64,000 nt of DNA from NCBI GenBank assembly GCA_043228905.1, contig JBHGNT010000016.1, forward strand, positions 248,001 to 312,000. The letters are read 5' to 3'. Position numbers and translations under genes: made by a program. The DNA is from Azolla caroliniana. Taxonomy: Eukaryota; Plantae; Polypodiophyta. Below the pieces are notes generated by a model. It made no database searches. It saw only the letters and a program-made list of their open reading frames with translations, and was not told where the DNA came from. Positions 10,696-26,000 of the stretch are shown piece after piece. Numbering within the stretch: position 1 is the first letter of the stretch; every line of letters begins with the position of its first letter.

Positions 10696-10899
10696 TACTC
10701 GTGGGATTCACGAAGTTTAAGATAATCTATCTCTTTCAATCTAAATTCATATTCTTACATAAATATTGATTAATGTAATACTTGTGGGATTCACAAGGTT
10801 TGATCTCTTTTCTCAATCTACTCTAATCTATTCTAAATTATTTCAATTTATTACTACGATTTAGATAAACTAAAACAATTATACTTGTGGGATTCACAA
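10696..10899. repeat. Three copies of the 18-bp hairpin motif TACT(T/C)GTGGGATTCAC(A/G)A
   Basis: Copies at 10696-10713, 10779-10796 and 10882-10899. Confidence 0.85.
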
Positions 10900-11008
10900 C
10901 TTTCTATATCTCTTTCTAGATTAGCCTCAAATTCTTCCTCCTCCTAGTCCAAAACCCCGGTGGTTCCCACCCGACTCACGCAACGATCCGGAGCCGAAAG
11001 GCACGACA

Positions 11009-14000
11009 ACGGATGAACATTTTAATTTACTAACGCGCTCTTCTCCACTACCTCCTCAAATTTGCTAATTTCTTCATGTCTCTCGACGTATGTTTCAAAA
11101 TCTTGATTTTTTAATACCATATCAGAGCTAGCGTTGTTAGCTTCGATTCACATGTTTGAACACAAAAATACGATATCACACGAGCCACGTATGAACATTT
11201 TAATTTACCTACTAGCTCTTGTCAACTCCCACCTGAAATTTGCTAATTTCTTCACGTCTCTCGACCTGACTTTCAAAATCTTGATTTTTTAATTCCATAT
11301 CAGAGCTAGCGTTGTTAGCTTCGATTCGCATGTTTGAACACAAAAATCCGATATCACACGAGCCATGTATGAACATTTTAATTTACCTACTAGCTCTTGT
11401 CAACTCCCTCCTCAATATTTCTAATTTCTTCATGTCTCTCGACCTGAGTTTCAAAATCTTGATTTTTTAATTCCATATTAGAGCTAGCGTTTTTAGCTTC
11501 GATTCGCATCTTCGAACATAGAAATCCGATATCACACGAGCCGGGTATGAACATTTTAATTTACCTACTAGCGCTTGTCAACTCCCTCCTCAAATTTGCT
11601 AATTTCTTCATGTGTCTCGACCTAAGTTTCAAAATCTAGATTTTTCAATTCCATAACAGAGCTAGCGTTGTTAGCTTTGATTCTTATGTTTGAACACAAA
11701 AATCCGATATCACACGAGCCAGGTATGAACATTTTAATTTACCTACTAGCTCTGGTCCACTCCCTCCTCAAATTTGTTAATTTCTTCATGTCTCTCGACC
11801 TGAGTTTCAAAATCTTGATTTTTTAATTCCATATCAGAGCTAGCGTTGTTAGCTTCGATTCGCATGTTTGAACATAAAAATCCGATATCATACGAGCCAG
11901 GTATGAACCTTTTAATTTACCTACTAGCGCTTGTCAACTCCCTCCTCAAATTTGCTAATTTCGTCATGTCTCTCGACCTGAGTTTCAAAATCTTGATTTT
12001 TTAATTCCATAACATAGCTAGTGCTGTTAGCTTCGATTCGCATGTTTGAACACAAAAATCCGATATCACACGAGCCACGTATGAACATTTTAATTTACCT
12101 ACTAGCGCTTCTCAACTCCCTCCTTAAATTTGCTAATTTCTTCATGTCTCTCGACCTGAGTTTCAAAATCTTGATTTTTTAATTCCATATCAGAGCTAGC
12201 GCTGTTAGCTTCGATTCACATGTTTGAACAAAAAAATCCGATATCACACGAGCCACGGATGAACATTTTAATTTACCTACTAGCGCTTGTCAACTCCCTC
12301 CTCAAATTTGCGAATTTCTTCATGTCTCTCGACCTAAGTTTCAAAATCTTGATTTTTCAATTCCATATCCGAGCTAGCATTGTTAGCTTCGATTCGCATG
12401 TTTTAACACAAAAATCCGATATCACACGAGCCACGTATGAACATTTTAATTTACCTACTAGCTCTTGTCAACTACCTCCTCAAATTTGCTAATTTCTTCA
12501 TGTCTCTCGACGTGAGTTTCAAAATCTTGATTTTTTAAATCCATATCTGAGCTAGCGCTGTTAGCTTCGATTCGCATGTTTTAACACAAAAATCCGATAT
12601 CACACGAGGCACGGATGAACATTTTAATTTACTAACGCGCTCTTCTCCACTCCCTCCTCAAATTTTCTAATTTCTTCATGTCTCTCGACGTATGTTTCAA
12701 AATCTTGATTTTTTAATTCCATATCAGAGCTAGCGCTGTTAGCTTCGATTCGCATGTTTGAACACAAAAATCCGATATCACACGAGCCACGGATGAACAT
12801 TTTAATTTACCTACTAGCTCTTGTCAACTACCTCCTCAAATTTGCTAATTTCTTCATGTCTCTCGACCTGACTTTCAATATCTTGATTTTTTAATTCCAT
12901 ATCAGAGCTAGCGTTGTTAGCTTCGATTCGCATGTTTGAACACAAAAATCCGATATCACACGAGCCATGTATGAACATTTTAATTTACCTACTAGCTCTT
13001 GTCAACTCCCTCCTCAATATTTCTAATTTCTTCATGTCTCTCGACCTGAGTTTCAAAATCTTGATTTTTTAATTCCATATTAGAGCTAGCGTTTTTAGCT
13101 TCGATTCGCATCTTCGAACATAGAAATCCGATATCCCACGAGCCGGGTATGAACATTTTAATTTACCTACTAGCGCTTGTCAACTCCCTCCTCAAATTTG
13201 CTAATTTCTTCATGTGTCTCGACCTAAGTTTCAAAATCTTGATTTTTTAATTCCATATTAGAGCTACCGTTTTTAGCTTTGATTCGCATCTTCGAACATA
13301 GAAATCCGATATCACACGAGCCGGGTATGAACATTTTAATTTACCTACTAGCTCTTGTCAACTACCTCCTCAAATTTGCTAATTTCTTCATGTCTCTCGA
13401 CCTGAGTTTCAAAATCTTGATTTTTTAATTCCATATCAGAGCTAGCGCTGTTAGCTTCGATTCACATGTTTGAACACAAAAATCCGATATCACACGAGCC
13501 ACGGATGAACATTTTAATTTACCTACTAGCGCTTGTCAACTCCCTCCTCAAATTTGCTAATTTCTTCATGTCTCTCGACCTGCGTTTCAAAATGTTGATT
13601 TTTAATTCCATATTAGAGCTAGCGTTGTTAGCTTCGATTCGCATGTTTGAACACAAAAATCCGATATCACACGAACCATGTATGAACATTTTAATTTACC
13701 TACTAGCGCTTGTTAACTCCCTCCTCAAATTTGCTAATTTCTTCATGTCTCTCGACCTGAGTTTCAAAATTTTGATTTTATAATTCCATCACATAGCTAG
13801 TGTTGTTAGCTTCGATTCACATGTTTGAACAAAAAAATACGATATCACACGAGCCACGGATGAACATTTTAATTTACCTACTAGCTCTTGTCAACTCCCA
13901 CCTGAAATTTGCTAATTTCTTCACGTCTCACGACCTGACTTTCAAAATCTTGATTTTTTAATTCCATATAAGAGCTAGCGTTGTTAGCTTCGATTCGCAT

Positions 14001-17000
14001 GTTTGAACACAAAAATCCGATATCACACGAGCCATGTATGAACATTTTAATTTACCTACTAGCTCTTGTCAACTCCCTCCTCAATATTTCTAATTTCTTC
14101 ATGTCTCTCGACCTGGGTTTCAAAATCTTGATTTTTTAATTCCATATCAGAGCTAGCGTTGTTAGCTTTGATTCTTATGTTTGAACACAAAAATCAGATA
14201 TCACACGAGCCAGGTATGAACATTTTAATTTACCTACTACCTCTGGTCAACTCCCTCCTCAAATTTGTTAATTTCTTCATGTCTCTCGACCTGAGTTTCA
14301 AAATCTTGATTTTTGAATTCCATATAAGAGCTAGCGTTGTTAGCTTCGATTCGCATGTTTGAACATAAAAATCCGATATCATACGAGCCAGGTATGAACC
14401 TTTTCATTTACCTACTAGCGCTTGTCAACTCCCTCCTCAAATTTGCTAATTTGTCATGTCTCCCGACCTGAGTTTCAAAATCTTGATTTTTTTAATTCCT
14501 TAACATAGCTAGTGCTGTTAGCTTCGATTCGCATGTTTGAACACAAAAATCCGATATCACACGAGCCACGTATGAACATTTTAATTTACCTACTAGCGCT
14601 TCTCAACTCCCTCCTTAAATTTGCTAATTTCTTCATGTCTCTCGACCTGAGTTTCAAAATCTTGATTTTTTAATTCCATCACATAGGTAGTGTTATTAGC
14701 TTCGATTCACATGTTTGAACAAAAAAATCCGATATCACACGAGCCACGTATGAACATTTTAATTTACCTACTAGCTCTTGTCAACTACCTCCTCAAATTT
14801 GCTAATTTCTTCATGTCTCTCGACCTGACTTTCAATATCTTGATTTTTTAATTCCGTATCAGAGCTAGCGTTGTTAGCTTCGATTCGCATGTTTGAACAA
14901 AAAAATCCGATATCACACGAGCTACGGATGAACATTTTAATTTACCTACTCGCGCTTGCCAACTCCCTCCTCAAATTTGCGAATTTCTTCATGTCTCTCG
15001 ACCTAAGTTTGAAAATCTTGATTTTTCAATTCTATATCCGAGCTAGCATTGTTAGCTTCGATTCGCAGGTTTTAACACAAAAATCCGATATCACACGAGC
15101 CACGTATGAACATTTTAATTTACCTACTAGCTCTTGTCAACTACCTCCTCAAATTTGCTAATTTCTTCATGTCTCTCGACCTGAGTTTCAAAATCTTGAT
15201 TTTTTAATTCCATATCAGAGCTAGCGCTGTTAGCTTCGATTCACATGTTTGAACACAAAAATCCGATATCACACGAGCCACGGATGAACATTTTAATTTA
15301 CCTACTAGCGCTTGTCAACTCCCTCCTCAAATTTGCGAATTTCTTCATGTCTCTCGACCTAAGTTTCAAAATCTTGATTTTTCAATTCCATATCCGAGCT
15401 AGCATTGTTAGCTTCGATTCGCATGTTTTAACACAAAAATCCGATATCACACGAGCCACGTATGAACATTTCAATTTACCTACTAGCTCTTGTCAACTAC
15501 CTCCTCAAATTTGCTAATTTCTTCATGTCTCTCGACCTGAGTTTCAAAATCTTGATTTTTTAATTCCATATCAGAGCTAGCGCTGTTAGCTTCGATTCAC
15601 ATGTTTGAACACAAAAATCCGATATCACACGAGCCACGGATGAACATTTTAATTTACCTACTAGCGCTTGTCAACTCCCTCCTCAAATTTGCTAATTTCT
15701 TCATGTCTCTCGACCTGAGTTTCAAAATGTTGATTTTTTAATTCCATATCAGAGCTAGCGTTGTTAGCTTCGATTCGCATGTTTCAACACAAAAATCCGA
15801 TATCACACGAACCATGGATGAACATTTTAATTTACCTACTAGCGCTTGTTAACTCCCTCCTCAAATTTGCTAATTTCTTCATGTCTCTCGACCTGAGTTA
15901 TAAAATTTTGATTTTATAATTCCATCACATAGCTAGTGCTGTTAGCTTCGATTCACATGTTTGAACAAAACAATGCGATATCACACGAGCCACGGATGAA
16001 CATTTTAATTTACCTACTAGCGCTTGTCAACTCCCTCCTCAAATTTGCGAATTTCTTCATGTCTCTCGACCTGAGTTTCAAAATCTTGATTTTTTAATTC
16101 CATATTAGAGCTAGCGTTGTTAGCTTCGATTCACATGTTTGAACACAAAAATACGATATCACACCAGCCACGTATGAACATTTTAATATACCTACTAGCT
16201 CTTCTCCACTACCTCCTCAAATTTGCTAATTTGTTCATGTCTCTCGACTTGAGTTTCAAAATCTTGATTTTTTAATTCCATATAAGAGCTAGCGTTGTTA
16301 GCTTCGATACGCATGTTGAAACATAGAAATCCAATATCAGAGGAGCCAGGAATGAACATTTTAAAATACAAACGCGCTCTTCTCCACTACCTCCTCAAAT
16401 TTGCTAATTTCTTCATGTCTCTCGAGCTGAGTGTCAAAATCTTGATTTTTTAATTCCATATAAGAGCTAGCGTTGTTAGCTTCGATTCGCATTTTTAAAC
16501 ACAAAATCCGATATCACAAGAGCCAGGAATGAACATTTTATTTTACCTACGCGCTCTTCTCCACTACCTCCTCAAATTTGCTAATTTCTTCATGTCTCTC
16601 GACCTGAGTTTCAAAATCTTGATTTTTTAATTCCATAACATAGCTAGCGTTGTTAGCTTCGATTCGCATGTTTAAACACAGAAATCCGGTATCACACGAG
16701 CCTGGTATGAACATTTAAATTTACTAACGCGCTCTTCTCCACTACCTCCTGAAATTTGCTAATTTCTTCATGTCTCTCGACCTGAGTTTCAAAATCTTGA
16801 TCTTTTAATTCCAAATCAGAGCTAGCGTTGTTAGCTTCGATTCACATGTTTGAACACAAAAATCCGATATCACACGAGCCTGGTATGAACATTTTAATTT
16901 ACCTACTAGCTCTTCTCAACTCCCTCCTCAAATTTGCTAATTTCTTCATGTCTCTCGACCTGATCTTCAAAATCTTGATTTTTTAATTCCATAACATAGC

Positions 17001-20000
17001 TAGCGCTGTTAGCTTCGATTCACATGTTTGAACACAAAAATCCGATATCACACAAGCCACGGATGAACATTTTAATTTACCTACTAGTGCTTGTCAACTC
17101 CCTCCTTAAATTTGCTAATTTCTTCATGTCTCTCGACCTGAGTTTCAAAATCTTGATTTTTTAATACCATATCAGAGCTAGCGTTGTTAGCTTCGATTCA
17201 CATGTTTGAACACAAAAATCTGATATCACATGAGCCTGGTATGAACATTTTAATTTACCTACTAGCTCTTGTCAACTCCCTCCTCAAATTTACTAATTTT
17301 TTCATGTGTGTCGACCTGAGTTTCAACATCTTGATTTTTTAATTCCATATCACAGCTAGCGTTGTTAGCATCGATTCCCATGTTTGAACACAGAAATCAG
17401 ATATCACACGAGCCTGGTATGAACATTTTAATTTACTAACGCGCTCTTCTCCACTACCTCCTCAAATTTGCTAATTTCTTCATGTCTCTAGACCTGAGTT
17501 TCAAAATCTTGATTTTTAAATTCCATATCCGAGCTAGCATTGTTAGTTTCGATTCGCATGTTTAAACACAAAAATCCGATATCACACGAGCGTGGTATGA
17601 ACATTTTAATTTACCTACTAGCGCTTGTCAACTCCCTCCTCAAATTTGCTAATTTCTTCATGTCTCTCGACCTGAGTTTCAAAATCTTGATTTTTTAATT
17701 CCATAACAGAGCTAGCGCTGTTAGCTTCGATTCACATGTTTGAACACAAAAATCCGATATCACACGAGCCAGGGATGAACATTTTAATTTACCTACTAGC
17801 GCTTGTCAACTCGCTCCTCAAATTTGCTAATTTCTTCATGTCTCTCGACCTCAGTTTCAAAATCTTGATTTTTCAATTGCATATCAGAGCTAGCGTTGTT
17901 AGCTTCGATTCGCAATTTTGAACACAAAAATCCGATATCACACGAACCACGTATGAACATTTTAATTTACCTACTAGCGCTTGTTAACTCCCTCCTCAAA
18001 TTTGCTAATTTCTTCATGTCTCTCGACCTGAGTTTCAAAATCTAGATTTTCCAATTCCATAACAGAGCTAGCGCTGTTAGCTTCGATTCGCATGTTTGAA
18101 CACAAAAATCCGATATCACACGAGCCACGGATGAACATTTTAATTTACTAACACGCTTTTCTCCACTACCTCCTCAAATTTGCTAATTTCTTCATGTCTC
18201 AAGACCTGAGTTTCAAAATCTTGATTTTTTAAATCCATATCTGAGCTAGCTTCGATTCGCGTGTTTGAACACAAAAATACGATATCACACGAGCTACGTA
18301 TGAACATTTTAATTTACCTACTAGCTCTTGTCAACTCCCACCTCAAATTTGCTAATTTCTTCATGTCTCTCGACTTGAGTTTCAAAATCTTGATTTTCAA
18401 TTCCATATCAGAGCTAGCGTTGTTAGCTTCGATTCGCAAGTTTGAACACAAAAATCCGATATCACACGAGGCACGTATGAACATTTTAATTTACTAACGC
18501 GCTCTTCTCCACTACCTCCTCAAATTTGCTAATTTCTTCATGTCTCTCGACCTGAGTTTCAAAATCTTGATTTTTTAAATCCATATCTGAGCTAGCTTCG
18601 ATTCGCGTGTTTGAACACAAAAATACGATATCACACGAGCTACGTATGAACATTTTAATTTACCTACTAGCTCTTGTCAACTCCCACCTCAAATTTGCTA
18701 ATTTCTTCATGTCTCTCGACTTGAGTTTCAAAATCTTGATTTTTCAATTCCATATCAGAGCTAGCGTTGTTAGCTTCGATTCGCAAGTTTGAACACAAAA
18801 ATCCGATATCACACGAGCGTGGTATGAACATTTTAATTTACTAACGCGTTCTTCTCCACTACCTCCTCAAATTTGCTAATTTCTTCATGTCTCTCGACCT
18901 GAGTTTCAAAATCTTGATTTTTCAATTCCATATCAGAGCTACCGTTGTTAGCTTCGATTCGCATGTTTGAACACAAAAATCCGATATCACACAAGCCACG
19001 TATAAACATTTTAATTTACCTACTAGCTCTTGTCAACTCCCTCCTCAAATTTGCTAATTTCTTCATGTCTCTCGACCTGAGTTTCAAAATCTTGATCTTT
19101 TAATTCCAAATCAGAGCTAGCGTTGTTAGCTTCGATTCACATGTTTGAACACAAAAATCCGATCTCACACGAGCCTGGTATGAAAATTTTAATTTACCTA
19201 CTAGCTCTTGTCAACTCCCTCCTCAAATTTGCTAATTTCTTCATGTCTCTCGACCTGAGTTTCAAAATCTTGATCTTTTAATTCCAAATCAGAGCTAGCG
19301 TTGTTAGCTTCGATTCACATGTTTGAACACAAAAATCCGATATCACACGAGCCACGGATGAACATTTTAATTTACCTACTAGCGCTTGTCAACTCCCTCC
19401 TCAAATTTGCTAATTTCTTCATGTCTCTCGACCTGAGTTTCAAAATGTTGATTTTTGAATTCCATATCAGAGCTAGCGTTGTTAGCTTCGATTCGCATGT
19501 TTGAACACAAAAATCCGATATCACACGAACCATGTATGAACATTTTAATTTACCTACTAGCGCTTGTTAACTCCCTCCTCAAATTTGCTAATTTCTTCAT
19601 GTCTCTCGACCTGAGTTTCAAAATTTTGATTTTATAATTCCATCACATAGCTAGTGCTGATAGCTTCGATTCACATGTTTGAACAAAAAAATCCGATATC
19701 ACACGAGCCACGGATGAACATTTTAATTTACCTACTAGCTCTTGTCAACTCCCACCTGAAATTTGCTAATTTCTTCACGTCTCTCGACCTGAGTTTCAAA
19801 ATCAAGATGTTTGAATTCCATATCAGAGCTAGCGTTGTTAGCTTTTATTCGCATGTTTGAACACAGAAATCCGATATCACACGAGCCACAGATGAACATT
19901 TTAATTTACCTACTAGCGCTTGTCAACTCCCTCCTCAAATTTGCTAATTTCTTCATGTCGCTCGACCTGAGTTTCAAAATCTTGATTTTTTAATTCCATA

Positions 20001-23000
20001 TCAGAGCTAGCGTTCTTAGCTTCAACTCGCATGTTTGAACACAAAAATCCGATATCACACGAGCCAGGTATGAACATTTTAATTTACTAACGCGCTCTTC
20101 TCCACTACCTCCTAAAATTTGCTAATTTCTTCATGTCTCTCGACCTGAGTTTCAAAATCTTGATGTTTTAATTCCATATTAGAGCTAGCGTTGTTAGCTT
20201 CGATTTGCATGTTTGGACACAAAACTCCGATATCACACGAGCCACATATGAACATTTTAATTTACTTACTAGCGCTTGTCAACTCCCTCCTCAAATTTGC
20301 TAATTTCATAATGTCTCTCGACCTGAGTTTCAAAATCTTGATTTTTTAATTCCATAACATAGCTAGTGCTGTTAGCTTCGATTCGCATGTTTGAACACAA
20401 AAATCCGATATCACACGAGCCAGGTATGAACATTTTAATTTACCTACTAGCGCTTCTCAACTCCCTCCTTAAATTTGCTAATTTCTTCATGTCTCTCGAC
20501 CTGAGTTTCAAAATCTTGATTTTTTAATTCCATCACATAGCTAGTGTTGTTAGCTTCGATTCACATGTTTGAACAAAAAAATCCGATATCACACGAGCTA
20601 CGGATGAACATTTTAATTTACCTACTCGCGCTTGTCAACTCCCTCCTCAAATTTGCGAATTTCTTCATGTCTCTCGACCTAAGTTTGAAAATCTTGATTT
20701 TTAAATTCTATATCCGAGCTAGCATTGTTAGCTTCGATTCGCATGTTTTAACACAAAAATCCGATATCACACGAGCCACGTATGAACATTTTAATTTACC
20801 TACTAGCTCTTGTCAACTACCTCCTCAAATTTGCTAATTTCTTCATGTCTCTCGACCTGAGTTTCAAAATCTTGATTTTTTAATTCCATATCAGAGCTAG
20901 CGCTGTTAGCTTCGATTCACATGTTTGAACACAAAAATCCGATATCACACGAGCCACGGATGAACATTTTAATTTACCTACTAGCGCTTGTCAACTCCCT
21001 CCTCAAATTTGCGAATTTCTTCATGTCTCTCGACCTAAGTTTCAAAATCTTGATTTTTCAATTCCATATCCGAGCTAGCATTGTTAGCTTCGATTCGCAT
21101 GTTTTAACACAAAAAGACGATATCACACGAGCCACGTATGAACATTTCAATTTACCTACTAGCTCTTGTCAACTCCCACCTGAAATTAGCTAATTTCTTC
21201 ATGTCTGTCGACCTGAGTGTCAAAATCTAGATTTTTTAATTCTATATCAGAGCTAGCTTTGTTAGCTTCGATTCGCATGTTTGAACACAAAAATCCGATA
21301 TCACACGACCCACGTATGAACATTTTAATTTACCTACTAGCTCTTGTCAACTCCCACCTAAAATTTGCTAATTTCTTCATGTCTCTCGACCTGAGTTTCA
21401 AAATCTTGATCTTTTAATTTTAAATCAGAGCTAGAGTTGTTAGCTTCGATTCACATGTTTGAACACAAAAATCCGATATCACACGAGCCTGGTATGAACA
21501 TTTTAATTTACCTACTAACTCTTCTCAACTCCCTCCTCAAATTTGGTAATTTCTTCATGTCTCTCGACCTGATCTTCAAAATCTTGATTTTTTCATTCCA
21601 TAACATAGCTAGCGCTGTTAGCTTCGATTCACATGTTTGAACACAAAAATCCGATATCACACGAGCCACGGATGAACATTTTAATTTACCTACTAGCGCT
21701 TGTCAACTCCCTCCTCAAATTTGCTAATTTCTTCATGTCTCTCGACCTGAGTTTCAAAATCTTGATGTTTTAATTCCATATCAGAGCTAGCGTTGTTAGC
21801 TTCGATTCGCATGTTTGGACACAAAACTCCGATATCACACGAGCCACATATGAACATTTTAATTTACTTCCTAGCGCTTGTCAACTCCCTCCTCAAATTT
21901 GCTAATTTCTTCATGTCTCTCGACCTGAGTTTCAAAATCTTGATTTTTTAATTCCATAACAGAGCTAGCGTTGTTAGCTTCGATTCGCATGTTTGAACAC
22001 AAAAATCCGATATCACACGAGCCACGTATGAACATTTTAATTTACCTACTAGCGCTTGTCAACTCCCTCCTCAAATTTGCTAATTTCTTCATGTCTCTCG
22101 ACCTGAGTTTCAAAATCTTGATTTTTTAATTCCATAACAGAGCTAGCGCTGTTAGCTTCGATTCACATGTTTGAACACAAAAATCCGATATCACACGAGC
22201 CACGGATGAACATTTTAATTTACCTACTAGCGCTTGTCAACTCGCTCCTCAAATTTGCTAATTTCTTCATGTCTCTCAACCTCAGTTTCAAAATCTTGAT
22301 TTTTCAATTGCATATCAGAGCTAGCGTTGTTAGCTTCGATTCGCAATTTTGAACACAAAAATCCGATATCACACGAACCACCTATGAACATTTTAATTTA
22401 CCTACTAGCGCTTGTTAACTCCCTCCTCAAATTTGCTAATTTCTTCATGTCTCTCGACCTGAGTTTCAAAATCTGGATTTTCCAATTCCATAACAGAGCT
22501 AGCGCTGTTAGCTTCGATTCGCATGTTTGAACACAAAAATCCGATATCACACGAGCCACGGATGAACATTTTAATTTACTAACACGCTTTTCTCCACTAC
22601 CTCCTCAAATTTGCTAATTTCTTCATGTCTCACGACCTGAGTTTCAAAATCTTGATTTTTTAAATCCATATCTGAGCTAGCTTCGATTCGCGTGTTTGAA
22701 CACAAAAATACGATATCACACGAGCTACGTATGAACATTTTAATTTACCTACTAGCTCTTGTCAACTCCCACCTCAAATTTGCTAATTTCTTCATGTCTC
22801 TCGACTTGAGTTTCAAAATCTTGATTTTTCAATTCCATATCAGAGCTAGCGTTGTTAGCTTCGATTCGCAAGTTTGAACACAAAAATCCGATATCACACG
22901 AGCGTGGTATGAACATTTTAATTTACTAACGCGCTCTTCTCCACTACCTCCTCAAATTTGCTAATTTCTTCATGTCTCTCGACCTGAGTTTCAAAATCTT

Positions 23001-26000
23001 GATTTTTCAATTCCATATCAGAGCTAGCGTTGTTAGCTTCGATTCGCAAGTTTGAACACAAAAATCCGATATCACACGAGCGTGGTATGAACATTTTAAT
23101 TTACTAACGCGCTCTTCTCCACTACCTCCTCAAATTTGCTAATTTCTTCATGTCTCTCGACCTGAGTTTCAAAATCTTGATTTTTCAATTCCATATCAGA
23201 GCTAGCGTTGTTAGCTTCGATTCGCAAGTTTGAACACAAAAATCCGATATCACACGAGCGTGGTATGAACATTTTAATTTACTAACGCGTTCTTCTCCAC
23301 TACCTCCTCAAATTTGCTAATTTCTTCATGTCTCTCGACCTGAGTTTCAAAATCTTGATTTTTCAATTCCATATTAGAGCTACCGTTGTTAGCTTCGATT
23401 CGCATGTTTTAACACAAAAATCCGATATCACACGAGCCACGTATGAACATTTTAATTTACCTACTAGCTCTTGTCAACTACCTCCTCAAATTTGCTAATT
23501 TCTTCATGTCTCTCGACCTGAGTTTCAAAATCTTGATTTTTTAATTCCATAACAGAGCTAGCGCTGTTAGCTTTGATTCACATGTTTGAACACAAAAATC
23601 CGATATCACACGAGCCACGGATGAACATTTTAATTTACCTACTAGCGCTTGTCAACTCGCTCCTCAAATTTGCTAATTTCTTCATGTCTCTGGACCTCAG
23701 TTTCAAAATCTTGATTTTTCAATTCCATATCAGAGCTAGCGTTGTTAGCTTCGATTCGCAATTTTGAACACAAAAATCCGATATCACACGAACCACGTAT
23801 GAACATTTTAATTTACCTACTAGCGCTTGTTAACTCCCTCCTCAAATTTGCTAATTTCTTCATGTCTCTCGACCTGAGTTTCAAAATCTTGATTTTTTAA
23901 ATCCATATCTGAGCTATCTTCGATTCGCGTGTTTGAACACAAAAATACGATATCACACGAGCTACGTATGAACATTTTAATTTACCTACTAGCTCTTGTC
24001 AACTCCCACCTCAAATTTGCTAATTTTTTCATGTCTCTCGACTTGAGTTTCAAAATCTTGATTTTTCAATTCCATATCAGAGCTAGCGTTGTTAGCTTCG
24101 ATTCGCAAGTTTGAACACAAAAATCCGATATCACACGAGCGTGGTATGAACATTTTAATTTACTAACGCGCTCTTCTCCACTACCTCCTCAAATTTGCTA
24201 ATTTCTTCATGTCTCTCGACCTGAGTTTCAAAATCTTGATTTTTCAATGCCATATCAGAGCTAGCGTTGTTAGCTTCGATTCGCAAGTTTGAACACAAAA
24301 ATCCGATATCACACGAGCGTGGTATGAACATTTTAATTTACTAACGCGCTTTTCTCCACTACCTCCTCAAATTTGCTAATTTCTTCATTTCTCTCGACCT
24401 GAGTTTCAAAATCTTGATTTTTTAAATCCATATCTGAGCTAGCTTCGATTCGCGTGTTTGAACACAAAAATACGATATCACACGAGCTACGTATGAACAT
24501 TTTAATTTACCTACTAGCTCGTGTCAACTCCCACCTGAAATTTGCTAATTTCTTCATGTCTCTCGACTGAGTTTCAAAATCTTGATTTTTCAATTCCATA
24601 TCAGAGCTACCGTTGTTAGCTTCGATTCGCATGTTTGAACACAAAAATCCGATATCACACAAGCCACGTATAAACATTTTAATTTACCTACTAGCTCTTG
24701 TCAACTCCCTCCTCAAATTTGCTAATTTCTTCATGTCTCTCGACCTGAGTTTCAAAATCTTGATCTTTTAATTCCAAATCAGAGCTAGCGTTGTTAGCTT
24801 CGATTCACATGTTTGAACACAAAAATCCGATATCACACGAGCCTGGTATGAAAATTTTAATTTACCTACTAGCTCTTGTCAACTCACTCCTCAAATTTGC
24901 TAATTTCTTCATGTCTCTCGACCTGAGTTTCAAAATCTTGATTTTTTAATTCCATATCAGAGCTAGCGCTGTTAGCTTCGATTCACATGTTTGAACACAA
25001 AAATCCGATATCACACGAGCCACGGATGAACATTTTAATTTACCTACTAGCGCTTGTCAACTCCCTCCTCAAATTTGCTAATTTCTTCATGTCTCTCGAC
25101 CTGAGTTTCAAAATGTTGATTTTTTAATTCCATATCAGAGCTAGCGTTGTTAGCTTCGATTCGCATGTTTCAACACAAAAATCCGATATCACACGAACCA
25201 CGTATGAACATTTTAATTTACCTACTAGCGCTTGTTAACTCCCTCCTCAAATTTGCTAATTTCTTCATGTCTCTCGACCTGAGTTTCAAAATCTGGATTT
25301 TCCAAATCCATAACAGAGCTAGCGCTGTTAGCTTCGATTCGCATGTTTGAACACAAAAATCCGATATCACACGAGCCACGGATGAACATTTTAATTTACT
25401 AACACGCTCTTCTCCACTACCTCCTCAAATTTGCTAATTTCTTCATGTCTCACGACCTGAGTTTCAAAATCTTGATTTTTTAAATCCATATGTGAGCTAG
25501 CTTCGATTCGCGTGTTTGAACACAAAAATACGATATCACACGAGCTACGTATGAACATTTTAATTTACCTACTAGCTCTTGTCAACTCCCACCTCAAATT
25601 TGCTAATTTCTTCATGTCTCTCGACCTGAGTTTCAAAATCTTGATGTTTTAATTCCATATCAGAGCTAGCGTTGTTAGCTTCGATTCGCATGTTTGGACA
25701 CAAAACTCCGATATCACACGAGCCACATATGAACATTTTAATTTACTTCCTAGCGCTTGTCAACTCCCTCCTCAAATTTGCTAATTTCGTCATGTCTCTC
25801 GACCTGAGTTTCAAAATCTTGATTTTTTAATTCCATAACATAGCTAGGGCTGTTAGCTTCGATTCGCATGTTTGAACACAAAAATCCGATATCACACGAG
25901 CCACGTATGAACATTTTAATTTACCTACTAGCTTTGTTAGCTTCGATTCGCATGTTTGAACACAAAAATCCGATATCACACGAGCCACGTATGAACATTT

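Larger units (their letters stand above)
10204..11008. mobile_element. 805-bp solo-LTR-like insertion in the satellite
   Basis: Termini TGTCGT...ACGACA form a 6-bp inverted repeat. The flanking direct repeat is ACGG (10200-10203 and 11009-11012). The satellite resumes in register, and there is no credible ORF. Confidence 0.85.

Noticed and set aside
10696-10899. Mini-CRISPR reading of the three hairpin repeats
   Set aside because: The repeats are only 18 bp, the spacers are unequal and similar to each other, and they lie inside an LTR-like insert.
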